A stretch of 64,000 nucleotides of DNA from Sphingobium sp. (GCA_017744605.1 JAGIAZ010000002.1:95373-159372); one strand, 5' to 3'. Shown: positions 19,482 to 29,612, numbered from the stretch's first letter. The notes: generated from the sequence alone by a model not told the origin. A program made the numbers and translations.

Positions 19482-20372
19482 TCAACGGGGCGGATCTGCG
19501 CGCCTGCTGCTGTCCAGCGTCGCGGCATAGATGGCGATGGCGCGCGCCGCGCCTTCGGCAAGCTTCCGCCGGCCCTCGACGCTGCGCAGCTGTTCGGCCT
19601 CCGCATCATTGCTGATGTAGCCGGTCTCAAACAAGATCGATGGCGTGTCCGGCGCCCGCAGGACGACGAGCGCGGCGCGGCGATTCCAGGGGTTTCGGAA
19701 GGTGAGGTCAGGCGCGGTCTCGCGATGCAGCAGTTCCGCGAACTTGGCGGATGAGGCCATGGTCTCGCGCTGCATGAGGTCGATGAGGATCGAGGAGACC
19801 GCGGAGCTCTTTCGGGAGAGATCGACGCCGCCCAGGACGTTGGCGCGGTTCTCGCGAGCCGCGAGCCGTTCGGCCTCGGCGTCGGACGCGACGTCGGAAA
19901 GGGTATAGATCGTCGCGCCATGGGCGCCGGTCTCTTCCGACGCATCGGCATGGATTGAAATGAACAGCGCCGCGCCCATATCACGGGCAAGACCGAAGCG
20001 TTCCTCGAGCGCGAGGAAGCTGTCATCTTCCCGGGTCAGCGCGATGCGCACACGGCCGCTCTTCAGAAGCTCGTCGCGCAGCGCCATGGCCACTGCCAGC
20101 GTCACATCCTTTTCCAGCGCGCCGGATTTGACGTTGCGCGCGCCGGGATCGTGGCCGCCATGACCGGGATCGATGACGACGAGGGGGCGCGATGAGTTGC
20201 TCGGACCCTGGATTTTCGGGATCGGCGGCCCTTCCGTGATCGGCCGCATGCGCACGCTCATGCCGATATTCCGCAGTGGGCGCTTGGCCATGGCCGCGTT
20301 GACCGAAGGACGCATGTCCGGGGGGGTGGAAGGCGATGAAAGGAGCGCGAGAGATGTGGCCAGGAACAGCAT
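19482..20372 (-). CDS. amiC: N-acetylmuramoyl-L-alanine amidase (Amidase_3, AmiC-like)
   Basis: IDPGHGGHDPGA, EKDVTL, FISIHAD, LFETGYISN; mrcA-amiC-rne gene order. Confidence 0.88.
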   Translation of the reverse strand: MLFLATSLALLSSPSTPPDMRPSVNAAMAKRPLRNIGMSVRMRPITEGPPIPKIQGPSNSSRPLVVIDPGHGGHDPGARNVKSGALEKDVTLAVAMALRDELLKSGRVRIALTREDDSFLALEERFGLARDMGAALFISIHADASEETGAHGATIYTLSDVASDAEAERLAARENRANVLGGVDLSRKSSAVSSILIDLMQRETMASSAKFAELLHRETAPDLTFRNPWNRRAALVVLRAPDTPSILFETGYISNDAEAEQLRSVEGRRKLAEGAARAIAIYAATLDSSRRADPPR

Positions 20373-20851
20373 GACGCTCCTGATGCCGCGACAGGGCCAT
20401 ATCCGTCCAGCCCCAACGATTCGCGGCGCAAAGCCGTGATCGGCTGCAGCTTTTCGCCGTTGCCCTTCGGGTCAAGCCCTGCTAGCGCTAGCCAGTCCGG
20501 CTCAATCTGCCGCCATGCGGACGCTTTGCAAGGCTGATCGGCAGGTTGGACGGACGGATTGATCGCCCAGGCACTTCGCGCTCAGGGGCGATAAAACAGG
20601 TTGATGTTGCATGGAGCAGAGCTTGAACCGGCCATGGCGCGCTGTAGCGAACGCGGCGCCTTGGGCGATTTGCAAGCCCGCCGGCATGAAGGCCGGCACT
20701 GTTTCGGCAACAGACGCGCAGCTCAAAACTGAAACCCGGGACCTGCGAGGGCCGCTCCGCAAGACGGCGCGCCTGATCGCCCGTCCCCCAATTGCGCCGG
20801 ATCGCGCCGCGTCCCGCAGGGGCGCAGCCGCATCCGGCTGGAGAAATTTGA

Positions 20852-23464
20852 ATGACAATGCGTATGTTGATCGATGCGCGCCACCGGGAAGAGACCCGGG
20901 TCGCGGTCGTGACGGGGAACCGGATCGAGGAGTTTGATTTCGAGTCCGCTGAGCACAAGCAGCTCAAGGGCAATATCTATCTCGCCAAGGTGACCAGAGT
21001 GGAGCCGTCGCTCCAGGCGGCGTTTGTGGACTATGGCGGCAACCGCCACGGTTTCCTCGCCTTTTCGGAAATCCACCCCGATTATTACCAGATTCCCCGT
21101 GAGGATCGCGAGGCGCTGCTCGCCGAGGAAGCGCAGCATGCGGCCGAGGAAGCGGCGCTGCGAGCCGACGACGATGACGATGACGATGATGAAGTCGTCG
21201 ATCACGCCGGCTCCGTCGAGGAAGTCGAGCGCCCCGGCCATGACGACGAGGACGAAACCCCGTCCGACGGCGAGGGCAGCGAGGAAGGCGGCGAGTCTCG
21301 CCGGCCCCGCGGCCGCAACGGCGGCAACGACCAGGCCGCCGACGAACTGCGCCGCAAGCGCATGGCGCTGCGCCGCCGCTACAAGATCCAGGACGTCATC
21401 AAGCGCCGCCAGGTGCTGCTCGTCCAGGTCGTGAAGGAAGAGCGCGGCAACAAGGGCGCGGCGCTCACCAGCTATCTGAGCCTTGCTGGCCGCTATTGCG
21501 TGCTCATGCCCAACACCAGCCATGGCGGCGGCATCTCGCGCAAGATCAGCAATGCAGCGGACCGCAAGCGGCTGAAGTCGATCATCGCGGACATGAAGCT
21601 GCCCAGCACCATGGGCTGCATCGTCCGCACGGCCGGACTGTCGAGGACCAAGACCGAGATCCGTCGCGATTTCGACTATCTCGCCCGCCTCTGGGACGAG
21701 ATTCGCGAGAACACGCTGAAGTCGGGCGCGCCGGCGCTGATCCACAATGACAGCGACCTCATCAAGCGTGCGATCCGCGACATCTATCATCGCGACATCG
21801 ACGAGGTGATCGTCGAGGGCGAGGAAGGCTATCGCCAGGCCAAGGACTTCATGAAGCTCCTGATGCCGAGCCATGCCCGGCGCGTGAAGCAATATGCCGA
21901 TGCCGTATCGCTGTTCCAGCGGTTCGGCGTCGAGGACCAGCTCGCGGCCATGTATAACCCGGTCGTGCAGCTGAAGTCCGGCGGCTATCTCGTCATCAAT
22001 CCGACGGAAGCTTTGGTCTCGATCGACATCAACTCGGGCCGTTCGACGCGCGAGCACAATATCGAGCAAACCGCCTTCTCGACCAACATCGAGGCCGCGC
22101 GCGAGATTGCCCGGCAGCTGCGCTTGCGCGACATGGCGGGCCTCGTCGTCATCGACTTCATCGACATGGAGCACAACTCCAACATCCGCAAAGTCGAGAA
22201 GGCGATGAAGGAAGCGCTCAAGGACGACCGCGCGCGCATCCAGGTTGGCCGCATCTCGGGCTTCGGCCTCATGGAGATGAGTCGCCAGCGGCTGCGTACC
22301 GGCGTGCTCGAGGCCTCGACCCGGGCCTGCCCGCATTGCGAAGGCACGGGCCTGGTTCGTACCGCCTCGTCGGCCGGTCTCTCTGCGCTGCGTCTGCTCG
22401 AAGAGGAGGCCGCGCGCGGCCGCGGCAGCATCGTGACGCTGCGCGCCAGCCAGGAAGCCGCCTTCTTCGTGCTCAACACCAAGCGGCGCGAGCTCGATGA
22501 GATCGAAAACCGCTACGGCGTGACCATCGTCATCCTTCCCGACGGCGAAGTCGAAGGCGCGCGCATGTCCGTCGAAGCCGGTGGGCCGAGGCCGACGACC
22601 CAGGTGACCTACGCACCGATCGTCGATGAAGACCCTGAGGACGACATCGAAGAGGTCGAGGACGAGGAAGAAGAAGAGGAAGAAGACGGACGCCCGGCAC
22701 AGCAATCGCGTCGTGACGAGCGTGGCGAGGATCGCGGCGATGGCCGCAACAAGCGCAAGCGCCGCCGCCGCGGCCGCCGTGGCCGTCGCGACGAGGAAGG
22801 TGAGGGCGCCGGAAGCGAAGCACGCGCGCCCCGCGAGTCCGATGAAGACGGTGATGAGACTGAAGGCGAAGGCGAGACTGCCGCGACCGAGGAAGCATCC
22901 GGCGAAGGCCAGGCACGTCGTAGCCGTCGCGGCCGCCGGGGCGGCCGCCGCCGTCGTGGTGGTGGCGGCGATCAGGCCGAGGCCGTGAGCACCGAGTCCG
23001 GCGACGTGGTCGAGGAGGCAGTCGCCGCCGAGACCGCAGCTGCGGACGAAGCGGTCGCCGCCGAACCCGACGCCGCTGAGGAGGCGCCTCGCAAAAGCCG
23101 CCGCCGTCCGCGTGCGCGCAAGGACGAGGCACCGGCCGTCGAAGCCGAAGCGCCGGCGGAAGCCGAGAGCGTTCCGGTCGAGGTCTCATCCGAGCTGACC
23201 GAAGCGGCAGCGGAAGAGCCGGCACCGGCCAAGAAGCCGTCGCGCCGCAAGGCAGCCGCCAAGACGGCACCGGCGGCCGAGGTCGTCGAGGAAGCGGCGC
23301 CGGCCAAGAAGCCCGCCCGTCGCAAGGCGTCGGCCAAGGCCAATGGCGGTGACACCGTCGAGGCCGATCCGGCGCTCGAAGCTGTCGAGGCAATGGACGG
23401 GGACGACGATGATTCGTCCGATTCGCCGCGCCGTGGCTGGTGGCAGCGCACGTTCGGGAATTGA
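20852..23464 (+). CDS. rne: Ribonuclease E
   Basis: GNIYLAKVTRVEPSLQAAFVDYG, IDINSG, IDFIDM, CPHC; Arg/acidic disordered tail ending RRGWWQR. Confidence 0.96.
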   Translation: MTMRMLIDARHREETRVAVVTGNRIEEFDFESAEHKQLKGNIYLAKVTRVEPSLQAAFVDYGGNRHGFLAFSEIHPDYYQIPREDREALLAEEAQHAAEEAALRADDDDDDDDEVVDHAGSVEEVERPGHDDEDETPSDGEGSEEGGESRRPRGRNGGNDQAADELRRKRMALRRRYKIQDVIKRRQVLLVQVVKEERGNKGAALTSYLSLAGRYCVLMPNTSHGGGISRKISNAADRKRLKSIIADMKLPSTMGCIVRTAGLSRTKTEIRRDFDYLARLWDEIRENTLKSGAPALIHNDSDLIKRAIRDIYHRDIDEVIVEGEEGYRQAKDFMKLLMPSHARRVKQYADAVSLFQRFGVEDQLAAMYNPVVQLKSGGYLVINPTEALVSIDINSGRSTREHNIEQTAFSTNIEAAREIARQLRLRDMAGLVVIDFIDMEHNSNIRKVEKAMKEALKDDRARIQVGRISGFGLMEMSRQRLRTGVLEASTRACPHCEGTGLVRTASSAGLSALRLLEEEAARGRGSIVTLRASQEAAFFVLNTKRRELDEIENRYGVTIVILPDGEVEGARMSVEAGGPRPTTQVTYAPIVDEDPEDDIEEVEDEEEEEEEDGRPAQQSRRDERGEDRGDGRNKRKRRRRGRRGRRDEEGEGAGSEARAPRESDEDGDETEGEGETAATEEASGEGQARRSRRGRRGGRRRRGGGGDQAEAVSTESGDVVEEAVAAETAAADEAVAAEPDAAEEAPRKSRRRPRARKDEAPAVEAEAPAEAESVPVEVSSELTEAAAEEPAPAKKPSRRKAAAKTAPAAEVVEEAAPAKKPARRKASAKANGGDTVEADPALEAVEAMDGDDDDSSDSPRRGWWQRTFGN

Positions 23465-23513
23465 CGATATGCCGTCAGGCGGGGTTCAGGCAGTGCCGCG
23501 CATAGCGCGAACC

Positions 23514-24887
23514 ATGCCGAGCTCCGCCCGTCCCTCTGTCCGTAAGCTCTTTTCGCGCGCACTGGCCTTTTTGACGCTGGGCAGCTTGCTCGCAGCGCAG
23601 CCGGCCGTTGCGCAGACAGTGCTGCGCGACGCGGAAACCGAGGCGCTGATCCACGACGCGACCGCGCCGCTCGTTCGGGCGGCGGGACTGGACGAACGGA
23701 ACGTCCAGATTCTCACGATCAACGATCCCAGCATCAATGCCTTCACGGCGGGGGGGCAAATCGTCTGGATCCTGAGCGGCCTCATCGGCGAGGCCGACAA
23801 TGTGAACCAGGTGCAGGGCGTGATTGCCCATGAACTCGGTCATATCGAGGGCGGACACGTCCTTCGCTCGACCGAGGGCATCAAGGAAGCGACGGCCATC
23901 CAGCTCGTGACGATGTTGCTGGGCGCGGCGGCGATCGCAGCAGGTGGCGGCGAGGCCGGCATGGGGATCATGGCTGCCGGTCAGCAGGCTGCGATCGGCA
24001 AGTTTCTGGCGTTCAGCCGGGAGCAGGAAGCCAGCGCCGACGCTGCGGCGGCGCGTTACATGGCGACGGCCAAGATCAGCTGCAAGGGCTTTCTCGACTT
24101 CTTCAAAAAGCTCCAGAACATGGAGTATCGGCTCTACCTGAACGTGGACGACTATGGTCACGATCACCCCGTCAGCGCGGAACGCATCGCGACGCTCAAG
24201 CAGACCTGCGAGAGCGACCCGGCCTGGTCCACCAAGACCGATCCCGCCCTGGAAGCGCGATTCCAAAGGGTGAAGGCCAAGCTCATCGGCTTCGTCGGAG
24301 AGCCGAAGCGCACGCTCCAGCTCTACCCCGTCAGCGACCAGTCGATCCCGGCTCATTATGCCCGTGCCTTCGCCTATCATAAGGGCGCCTATCCCGAGCA
24401 GGCCGTGGCGGAGGTGGATGCGCTGCTGAAAGCCCAGCCGGATGACCCTTATTTTCTCGAATTGAAGGGCCAGGTGCTGCTCGAATCCGGTAAGCCGCAG
24501 GAGGCGATCCCGGCTTTGCGCGAGGCCGTGGCGCGATCCAACAACCAGCCGCTCATCGCGACGCTGCTGGGTCACGCCATGATCGCGACGGAAGACGACA
24601 AATATCTAAACGAAGCGGAACAGGTGCTCCGCACGGCGGTGATCCGGGATACGGAGAATCCGTTCGCCTGGTATGTGCTGGGCACGGTTTATGCGCGCAA
24701 GGGCGATACCGCGCGGGCAGCGCTGGCCAGCGCGGAGCAGTATCAGCTGAGTGGGCAGAACGGGCAGGCACTGCGTTTCGCGCAGACGGCGCTGGCGGGT
24801 ATTCCGGCCGGCTCGTCGGACTATCTGCGCGCGCAGGACATCGCGATGACCTCGCGTGCATCCATGGAAAAAGGCAAGAAGAGATGA
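23514..24887 (+). CDS. M48 metalloprotease with TPR repeats (BepA/YfgC-like); start uncertain (23469 possible)
   Basis: Signal peptide, INAF, AHELGH, FSREQEASAD, HP..ERI. Confidence 0.9.
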   Translation: MPSSARPSVRKLFSRALAFLTLGSLLAAQPAVAQTVLRDAETEALIHDATAPLVRAAGLDERNVQILTINDPSINAFTAGGQIVWILSGLIGEADNVNQVQGVIAHELGHIEGGHVLRSTEGIKEATAIQLVTMLLGAAAIAAGGGEAGMGIMAAGQQAAIGKFLAFSREQEASADAAAARYMATAKISCKGFLDFFKKLQNMEYRLYLNVDDYGHDHPVSAERIATLKQTCESDPAWSTKTDPALEARFQRVKAKLIGFVGEPKRTLQLYPVSDQSIPAHYARAFAYHKGAYPEQAVAEVDALLKAQPDDPYFLELKGQVLLESGKPQEAIPALREAVARSNNQPLIATLLGHAMIATEDDKYLNEAEQVLRTAVIRDTENPFAWYVLGTVYARKGDTARAALASAEQYQLSGQNGQALRFAQTALAGIPAGSSDYLRAQDIAMTSRASMEKGKKR

Positions 24888-25714
24888 GCGAAACGCGCGG
24901 TCAGGCATTCGGGACGCTGCTCAGGGCCGGGCGGGCCATGATGGGCGCGCTGGCGACGCCAAGCGGTGCCGCATGGGCACGGCCGAAACGCGGCGCCGGC
25001 ACCTACGCGCTGATCGGACTCCTGGCGGCGGGTTGCGCTGCCGCCGCTTATGCCGCGACGCAGCCGGCCAGCCTGCCCGTGGGCGACAAGGCGGCGATCG
25101 AGGCCGTTGTGCGCGACTACATCCTCGAGCATCCGGAGATCGTTCGCGAGGCGATGGTCAAGCTCGAGACGAAGCGCGTGGCGAGCCTCGTGGAGGCCAA
25201 CCGGTCGTCCCTCGAAACGCCCTATGCCGGTGCCTGGGAAGGCGCCCCAAAGCCCGATGTCACGCTGGTCGCCTTCATGGACTATGCCTGTGGCTACTGC
25301 CGCGCGACTGTCCCGACCATTGCCCGCTTGATCAAGGAAGATCCGGGCCTTCGCGTCGTCTATCGCGAGCTGCCGATCATTTCCGAGGCCAGCGTGCCGG
25401 CTGCCCGGGTCAGCCTCCTGGCGGCGGAATCGGGGCGCTTTGCTGCCTTCCACGCCGCCATGTACGCCGAGGACGGCGTCGACAATGACACCATCCTCGA
25501 TGCCGCAAAGAAAGCCGGGCTGGATGCAGCGAAGGTGAAGGCTGAGCTGGCCAATCAGGCACGCAATCCCGCTTTCGCCCAGAACATCAAACTCGCGCAG
25601 AGCCTCGAGGCCGAGGGCACGCCGCTGCTCGTGGTGGGCGACCAGGTCTTCTACGGCGCCGTCAGCTACGAGACGCTCAAGGACGCGATCGACAAGGCCC
25701 GCAAGCCGAGCTGA
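24884..25714 (+). CDS. DsbA family thiol-disulfide oxidoreductase (start uncertain)
   Basis: VRDYILEHPEI, DYACGYC, ELPI, GTP cis-Pro. Confidence 0.9.
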   Translation: MSETRGQAFGTLLRAGRAMMGALATPSGAAWARPKRGAGTYALIGLLAAGCAAAAYAATQPASLPVGDKAAIEAVVRDYILEHPEIVREAMVKLETKRVASLVEANRSSLETPYAGAWEGAPKPDVTLVAFMDYACGYCRATVPTIARLIKEDPGLRVVYRELPIISEASVPAARVSLLAAESGRFAAFHAAMYAEDGVDNDTILDAAKKAGLDAAKVKAELANQARNPAFAQNIKLAQSLEAEGTPLLVVGDQVFYGAVSYETLKDAIDKARKPS

Positions 25715-25728
25715 ATCCATCTCGCGCA

Positions 25729-25876
25729 AGAAGTTGGAGGCCCCCTCTGCTGCCAAGAGGAGGCCCCCGCTTCGCACGCCGCCCATGACCCGGACGGTGG
25801 GCCGGGCATTGTGCAAAGTTTGCTTCCGACCGATCGGTCAGGACCGATGCCGGTCCTGGTTCCGTTCCGGCCTGTT
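25729..25876 (-). ncRNA. Candidate FNR/FixK-controlled small RNA
   Basis: Start inferred ~41 nt downstream of the FNR-like box; three hairpins, the last a 13-bp stem followed by AACTTCTT; no convincing ORF. Confidence 0.4.
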
Positions 25877-25910
25877 GAGGATGGCTTAGAGCGCCGGGAG
25901 GCCGGCCGCC

Positions 25911-25924
25911 TTGATCGAGGTCAA
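25911..25924. promoter_or_regulatory. FNR/FixK-type binding site
   Basis: TTGAT-CGAG-GTCAA against consensus TTGAT-N4-ATCAA (1 mismatch). Confidence 0.6.
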
Positions 25925-25943
25925 TCGCTAGCGAGCGAAGCGC

Positions 25944-26696
25944 CTAGTTTTTGAGGCGCAGCGCGTAGATCAGCGGCCAGTTCTTGCCCGTCACATAGAG
26001 GAGGCCGGTCTTGGCATCCCAGGCGATGCCATTGAGCACCATGTCGGGATTGCGGCTGTGCTTGGAAACGAGGCTGGCGAGATTGATCCAGTCGGTGACG
26101 GCACCGCTCTTCGGGTCGATCCGCGCAATCAATGGCGAATACCAGATATTGGCGTAGACGAAGCCGTTCACCCATTCCAACTCGTTCAGATAGCCGACCG
26201 GCTGCTTCTGCCAGGTCACGGCGACTGAACCGGTTGGCTTGAGTGTCTCGGGATCGAGAAAGCGCAGGCTCGATGAGCCGTTGCTCATGATGAGCCGCTT
26301 GCCATCCGTGGTGAGGCCCCAGCCTTCGCCCTCATAAGTGAATGTCGAGAGCTTCTTGAAGGTGCTGCGCTGCCAGACGAAACCCTGGCCATTCTGCCAC
26401 GTCAGGCTGATGAGCTTGTCCTTCCAGGGGACGATGCCCTCGCCGAAATATTTGGCTTCGAGATCGACCTTGCGAACCACCTTGCCGGTCGCGAGCTCCA
26501 TTGCCCGGATATCGGACTCGCCGTTGAGGCCGGTGCTTTCATAGAGCAGCCCGTCGGCCACGAAGAGCCCTTCGGTGAACGCCTTGGGATCATGCGGGAT
26601 GGTCTTGACGATGTCCCACGGGATATCGGCACGGGCAGCCGCACCGCAGAGCAGCAGAAAAACCGCCAGCAGGCGCGCGACAAGGGGACGGATCAT
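25944..26696 (-). CDS. Glutaminyl-peptide cyclotransferase (bacterial/plant type QC)
   Basis: Signal peptide; PHDPKAFTEGL, ESTGL, YFGEG, EGWGL, LNELE, VLNGIA, VTGKNWP. Confidence 0.92.
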   Translation of the reverse strand: MIRPLVARLLAVFLLLCGAAARADIPWDIVKTIPHDPKAFTEGLFVADGLLYESTGLNGESDIRAMELATGKVVRKVDLEAKYFGEGIVPWKDKLISLTWQNGQGFVWQRSTFKKLSTFTYEGEGWGLTTDGKRLIMSNGSSSLRFLDPETLKPTGSVAVTWQKQPVGYLNELEWVNGFVYANIWYSPLIARIDPKSGAVTDWINLASLVSKHSRNPDMVLNGIAWDAKTGLLYVTGKNWPLIYALRLKN

Positions 26697-27445
26697 CAGT
26701 CGGCCGGGCTGTCTGCGATGGCGCCGGCGAGCCAGGCGGGAAGGTCGATGCCGGTCAGCGTATCGACAGGCCGATGATCGAGCGCAAGGCCGAGATCGGG
26801 CCAGATGTTGCGCTGGCGGGCGGGATCCGATTTGTCGATCGGCAGGACGACCAGGCGGCGATTGACCTTGTTGCGGTAATGCATGCGCGCGGTGTTCTCC
26901 TGGCCGACATAGCAGCCCTTGGCGTAATCGACGCCATGCAGTTCCTCGGCATTGCATTCGAGCCAGAGTGTCTTGTCCTCGCCCAGCTCCGCGACACCTT
27001 CGGTCACGCCCAGATGCAGCCGATGCCGCCGAAAATCGGCCGAAGCGTCTCCATCGTTGGCGGGCGCCAGCCAGCGCCAGCCCAGCGCGGAGAGGCGAGG
27101 ATCGGGCGCCGCTTCCTCTTGTGGATCCGCGCTCCAATGCACAGCCAGGCCCGGCTCCAGCGCGATCGTGACCGGCCGGCGCAAGCGATAGATCGTCAGG
27201 CGCCTGATCAGCGCCTCGGCGCGACTCGCTTCGCAATCGATCAGCACGTCCTCGGGCCGTGCTGGGTCCGCCCACAGGATCATGTCGAACAGCGCCTTGC
27301 CCTGCGGCGAGAGCAGCCCCGCCCAGCGCGGTGCCTCGACGATGAGGCCGAGCGTGTCCTGCGTCAGCAGCCCCTGGAGAAAGGCGCGCGCATCCTCCCC
27401 GCCGATACGGATGAGAGCGCGGTCGTGAAGGGTGGTCGGATGCAT
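26696..27445 (-). CDS. ygfZ: YgfZ/GcvT-like folate-binding protein
   Basis: FLQGLLTQD, KGCYVGQE signature. Confidence 0.9.
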   Translation of the reverse strand: MHPTTLHDRALIRIGGEDARAFLQGLLTQDTLGLIVEAPRWAGLLSPQGKALFDMILWADPARPEDVLIDCEASRAEALIRRLTIYRLRRPVTIALEPGLAVHWSADPQEEAAPDPRLSALGWRWLAPANDGDASADFRRHRLHLGVTEGVAELGEDKTLWLECNAEELHGVDYAKGCYVGQENTARMHYRNKVNRRLVVLPIDKSDPARQRNIWPDLGLALDHRPVDTLTGIDLPAWLAGAIADSPAD

Positions 27446-27493
27446 TGAACTTAGTTAGGTGAGCGAGACGGATCAGCCAAGAGAGGCTTCATC

Positions 27494-28834
27494 ATGGCGC
27501 GCACCTATGACCTCATTCTGAACGGCGGCACGGTGCATTTGCCCGGCGGGCCGGCGGCCATGGTCGATGTCGGCGTCATCGGCGGCAAGATTGCCGCGAT
27601 CGGCACCAGGCTGGGCGACGCGGGCGAGGTGATCGACTGCACCGGGCTCGACGTGCTGCCCGGCGTCATCGACAGCCAGGTGCATTTCCGCGAGCCGGGC
27701 CTGGAGCACAAGGAAGACCTCGAATCCGGCAGCCGTGCCGCCGTGCTCGGCGGTGTGACGGCGGTGTTCGAGATGCCGAACACCAATCCCAACACCGACA
27801 CCGCCGAGCGCGTCCACGACAAGCTCGCGCGTGCCCATCACCGCATGTGGTGCGATCACGCCTTCTATGTCGGCGCGACCGGCGACAATGCCGAGCAGCT
27901 GGCCGAACTGGAACGGATCCCGGGCACGGCGGGCGTCAAGATTTTCATGGGCGCGTCGACCGGCAGTCTGCTGGTGGCCGAAGACGAGGCGCTGGCGCGC
28001 GTGCTGGCGCATGGCCGGCGCCGGGTGGCGATCCATGCCGAGGACGAGGCGCGGATGAACGCGCGCAAGGATGTGCGGGTCGAGGGCGATCCCTCCAGCC
28101 ATCCGGTCTGGCGTGACGATGAAAGCGCGATGCTGGCGACCAGGCGCATCGTGAAGCTGGCGCGCGAGGCGCGGCGGCGCATCCATGTGCTGCACATCAC
28201 GACGCCGGCGGAGCTGGAGTTTCTGGGGCAGAACAAGGATATCGCGACCTGTGAGGTGACGCCGCAGCATCTGACGCTGGCTGGCGAAGAGGCCTATCCC
28301 CGCCTTGGCACCTATGCGCAGATGAACCCGCCGATCCGCAGCGGGGCGCATCGCGACGGCTTGTGGCACTGGCTCAACCAGGGTGTGCCGGACGTGCTCG
28401 GATCGGACCATGCGCCGCATAGCAGGGACGAAAAGGCCAAGCCCTATCCCGCAAGCCCGAGCGGCATGCCTGGCGTGCAGACGCTCGTCCCCTTGCTGCT
28501 GGATCATGTCGCGGCGGGGCGGCTGACGCTGCAGCGCTTTATCGATTTGACCAGTGCCGGGCCTCAGCGCATTTTCGGCCTGGTCGGGAAGGGACGGATC
28601 GTGCCGGGCTATGATGCGGACTTCACCGTCGTGGATCTCAAATCGCGCTGGACGATCGACGGCGCCTGGCTCGCCTCGCGCTGCGGCTGGTCGCCCTTCG
28701 AGGGGATGAACCTCACCGGCCGTCCGGTCGGCACGATCATTCGCGGCCATCGCGTGATGTGGGAAAACCAGTTGGCCAATGAAGCGGTCGGCGAGCCGGT
28801 CCGCTTCGAGGCGACCGCGTTCCCGGGTCACTAA
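27494..28834 (+). CDS. pyrC: Dihydroorotase
   Basis: PGVIDSQVHFREPG, EMPNT, HAEDE, NPPIR, GSDHAPH. Confidence 0.88.
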   Translation: MARTYDLILNGGTVHLPGGPAAMVDVGVIGGKIAAIGTRLGDAGEVIDCTGLDVLPGVIDSQVHFREPGLEHKEDLESGSRAAVLGGVTAVFEMPNTNPNTDTAERVHDKLARAHHRMWCDHAFYVGATGDNAEQLAELERIPGTAGVKIFMGASTGSLLVAEDEALARVLAHGRRRVAIHAEDEARMNARKDVRVEGDPSSHPVWRDDESAMLATRRIVKLAREARRRIHVLHITTPAELEFLGQNKDIATCEVTPQHLTLAGEEAYPRLGTYAQMNPPIRSGAHRDGLWHWLNQGVPDVLGSDHAPHSRDEKAKPYPASPSGMPGVQTLVPLLLDHVAAGRLTLQRFIDLTSAGPQRIFGLVGKGRIVPGYDADFTVVDLKSRWTIDGAWLASRCGWSPFEGMNLTGRPVGTIIRGHRVMWENQLANEAVGEPVRFEATAFPGH

Positions 28835-28839
28835 GAGGC

Positions 28840-29556
28840 ATGGCCACGATCAGCGCGTCAACATCCCGCCGGCGCAAGCGCCAGATCACCGTCCGGCGCA
28901 TCATCGTCTGGATCGTCAAGGCCGTGCTGATCTTCGTCGCGGTCACGCTGCTGCAAGTCTGCGTCTACCGCTTCGTGCCGGTGCCCTTCACGCTGACCAT
29001 GCTGTTCGACAGCAATGGCATGACCAGGGACTGGACCTCCCTCTCGCACATCGATCCCGACATGCCGCGCGCCGTCATCGCCGGGGAGGACGCCAAATTC
29101 TGCACCCATCATGGCTTCGACGTCGCGGCGATCGAGAAGGCCTATAAGCGCAATGCCAGGGGCGGGCGCGTCCGCGGCGGCTCCACGATCAGCCAGCAGA
29201 CCGCCAAGAACGTCTTCCTCTGGCAGGGCGGCGGCTATGTCCGCAAGGCGCTGGAGGCCTGGTATACGGTCCTCATCGAGACGATCTGGGGCAAGCGCCG
29301 GATCATGGAAGTCTATCTCAACGTCGCCGAGACCGGTATCGGCACCTACGGCGTCGAGGCGGGCGCCCAGCGTTATTTCCATCATGGCGCGGACCGCTTC
29401 TCTCCGGGTGAGGCGGCGCGCCTCGCTGCGGTGCTGCCGCTGCCGAAGAAGCGCGCCGTGGTCGCGCCCAACGGCTTCACGCGCCGCCACGGCAATGCCA
29501 TCGCCCGCAACGCGCGGGCCGTGCGCGGGCAGGGCCTGGACGACTGCCTTTATTGA
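28840..29556 (+). CDS. mtgA: Monofunctional biosynthetic peptidoglycan transglycosylase
   Basis: GEDAKF..HHGFD, GGSTISQQTAKNVFLW, RKALEA, YLNVAE. Confidence 0.93.
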   Translation: MATISASTSRRRKRQITVRRIIVWIVKAVLIFVAVTLLQVCVYRFVPVPFTLTMLFDSNGMTRDWTSLSHIDPDMPRAVIAGEDAKFCTHHGFDVAAIEKAYKRNARGGRVRGGSTISQQTAKNVFLWQGGGYVRKALEAWYTVLIETIWGKRRIMEVYLNVAETGIGTYGVEAGAQRYFHHGADRFSPGEAARLAAVLPLPKKRAVVAPNGFTRRHGNAIARNARAVRGQGLDDCLY

Positions 29557-29612
29557 GCCGGTTCGATATGGCCTGACATTGGCCGGCCCGGCCCACGGTC
29601 CGGCAATCCGGC

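Noticed and set aside
21160-23464. Acidic and Arg-rich low-complexity blocks in RNase E
   Set aside because: Known features of alphaproteobacterial RNase E (S1 insert, disordered scaffold, terminal GWW motif)
25815-25943. SRP, 6S or tmRNA gene on the plus strand
   Set aside because: Lacks the SRP domain IV motif and tRNA-like ends; the FNR-box geometry favours a minus-strand transcript
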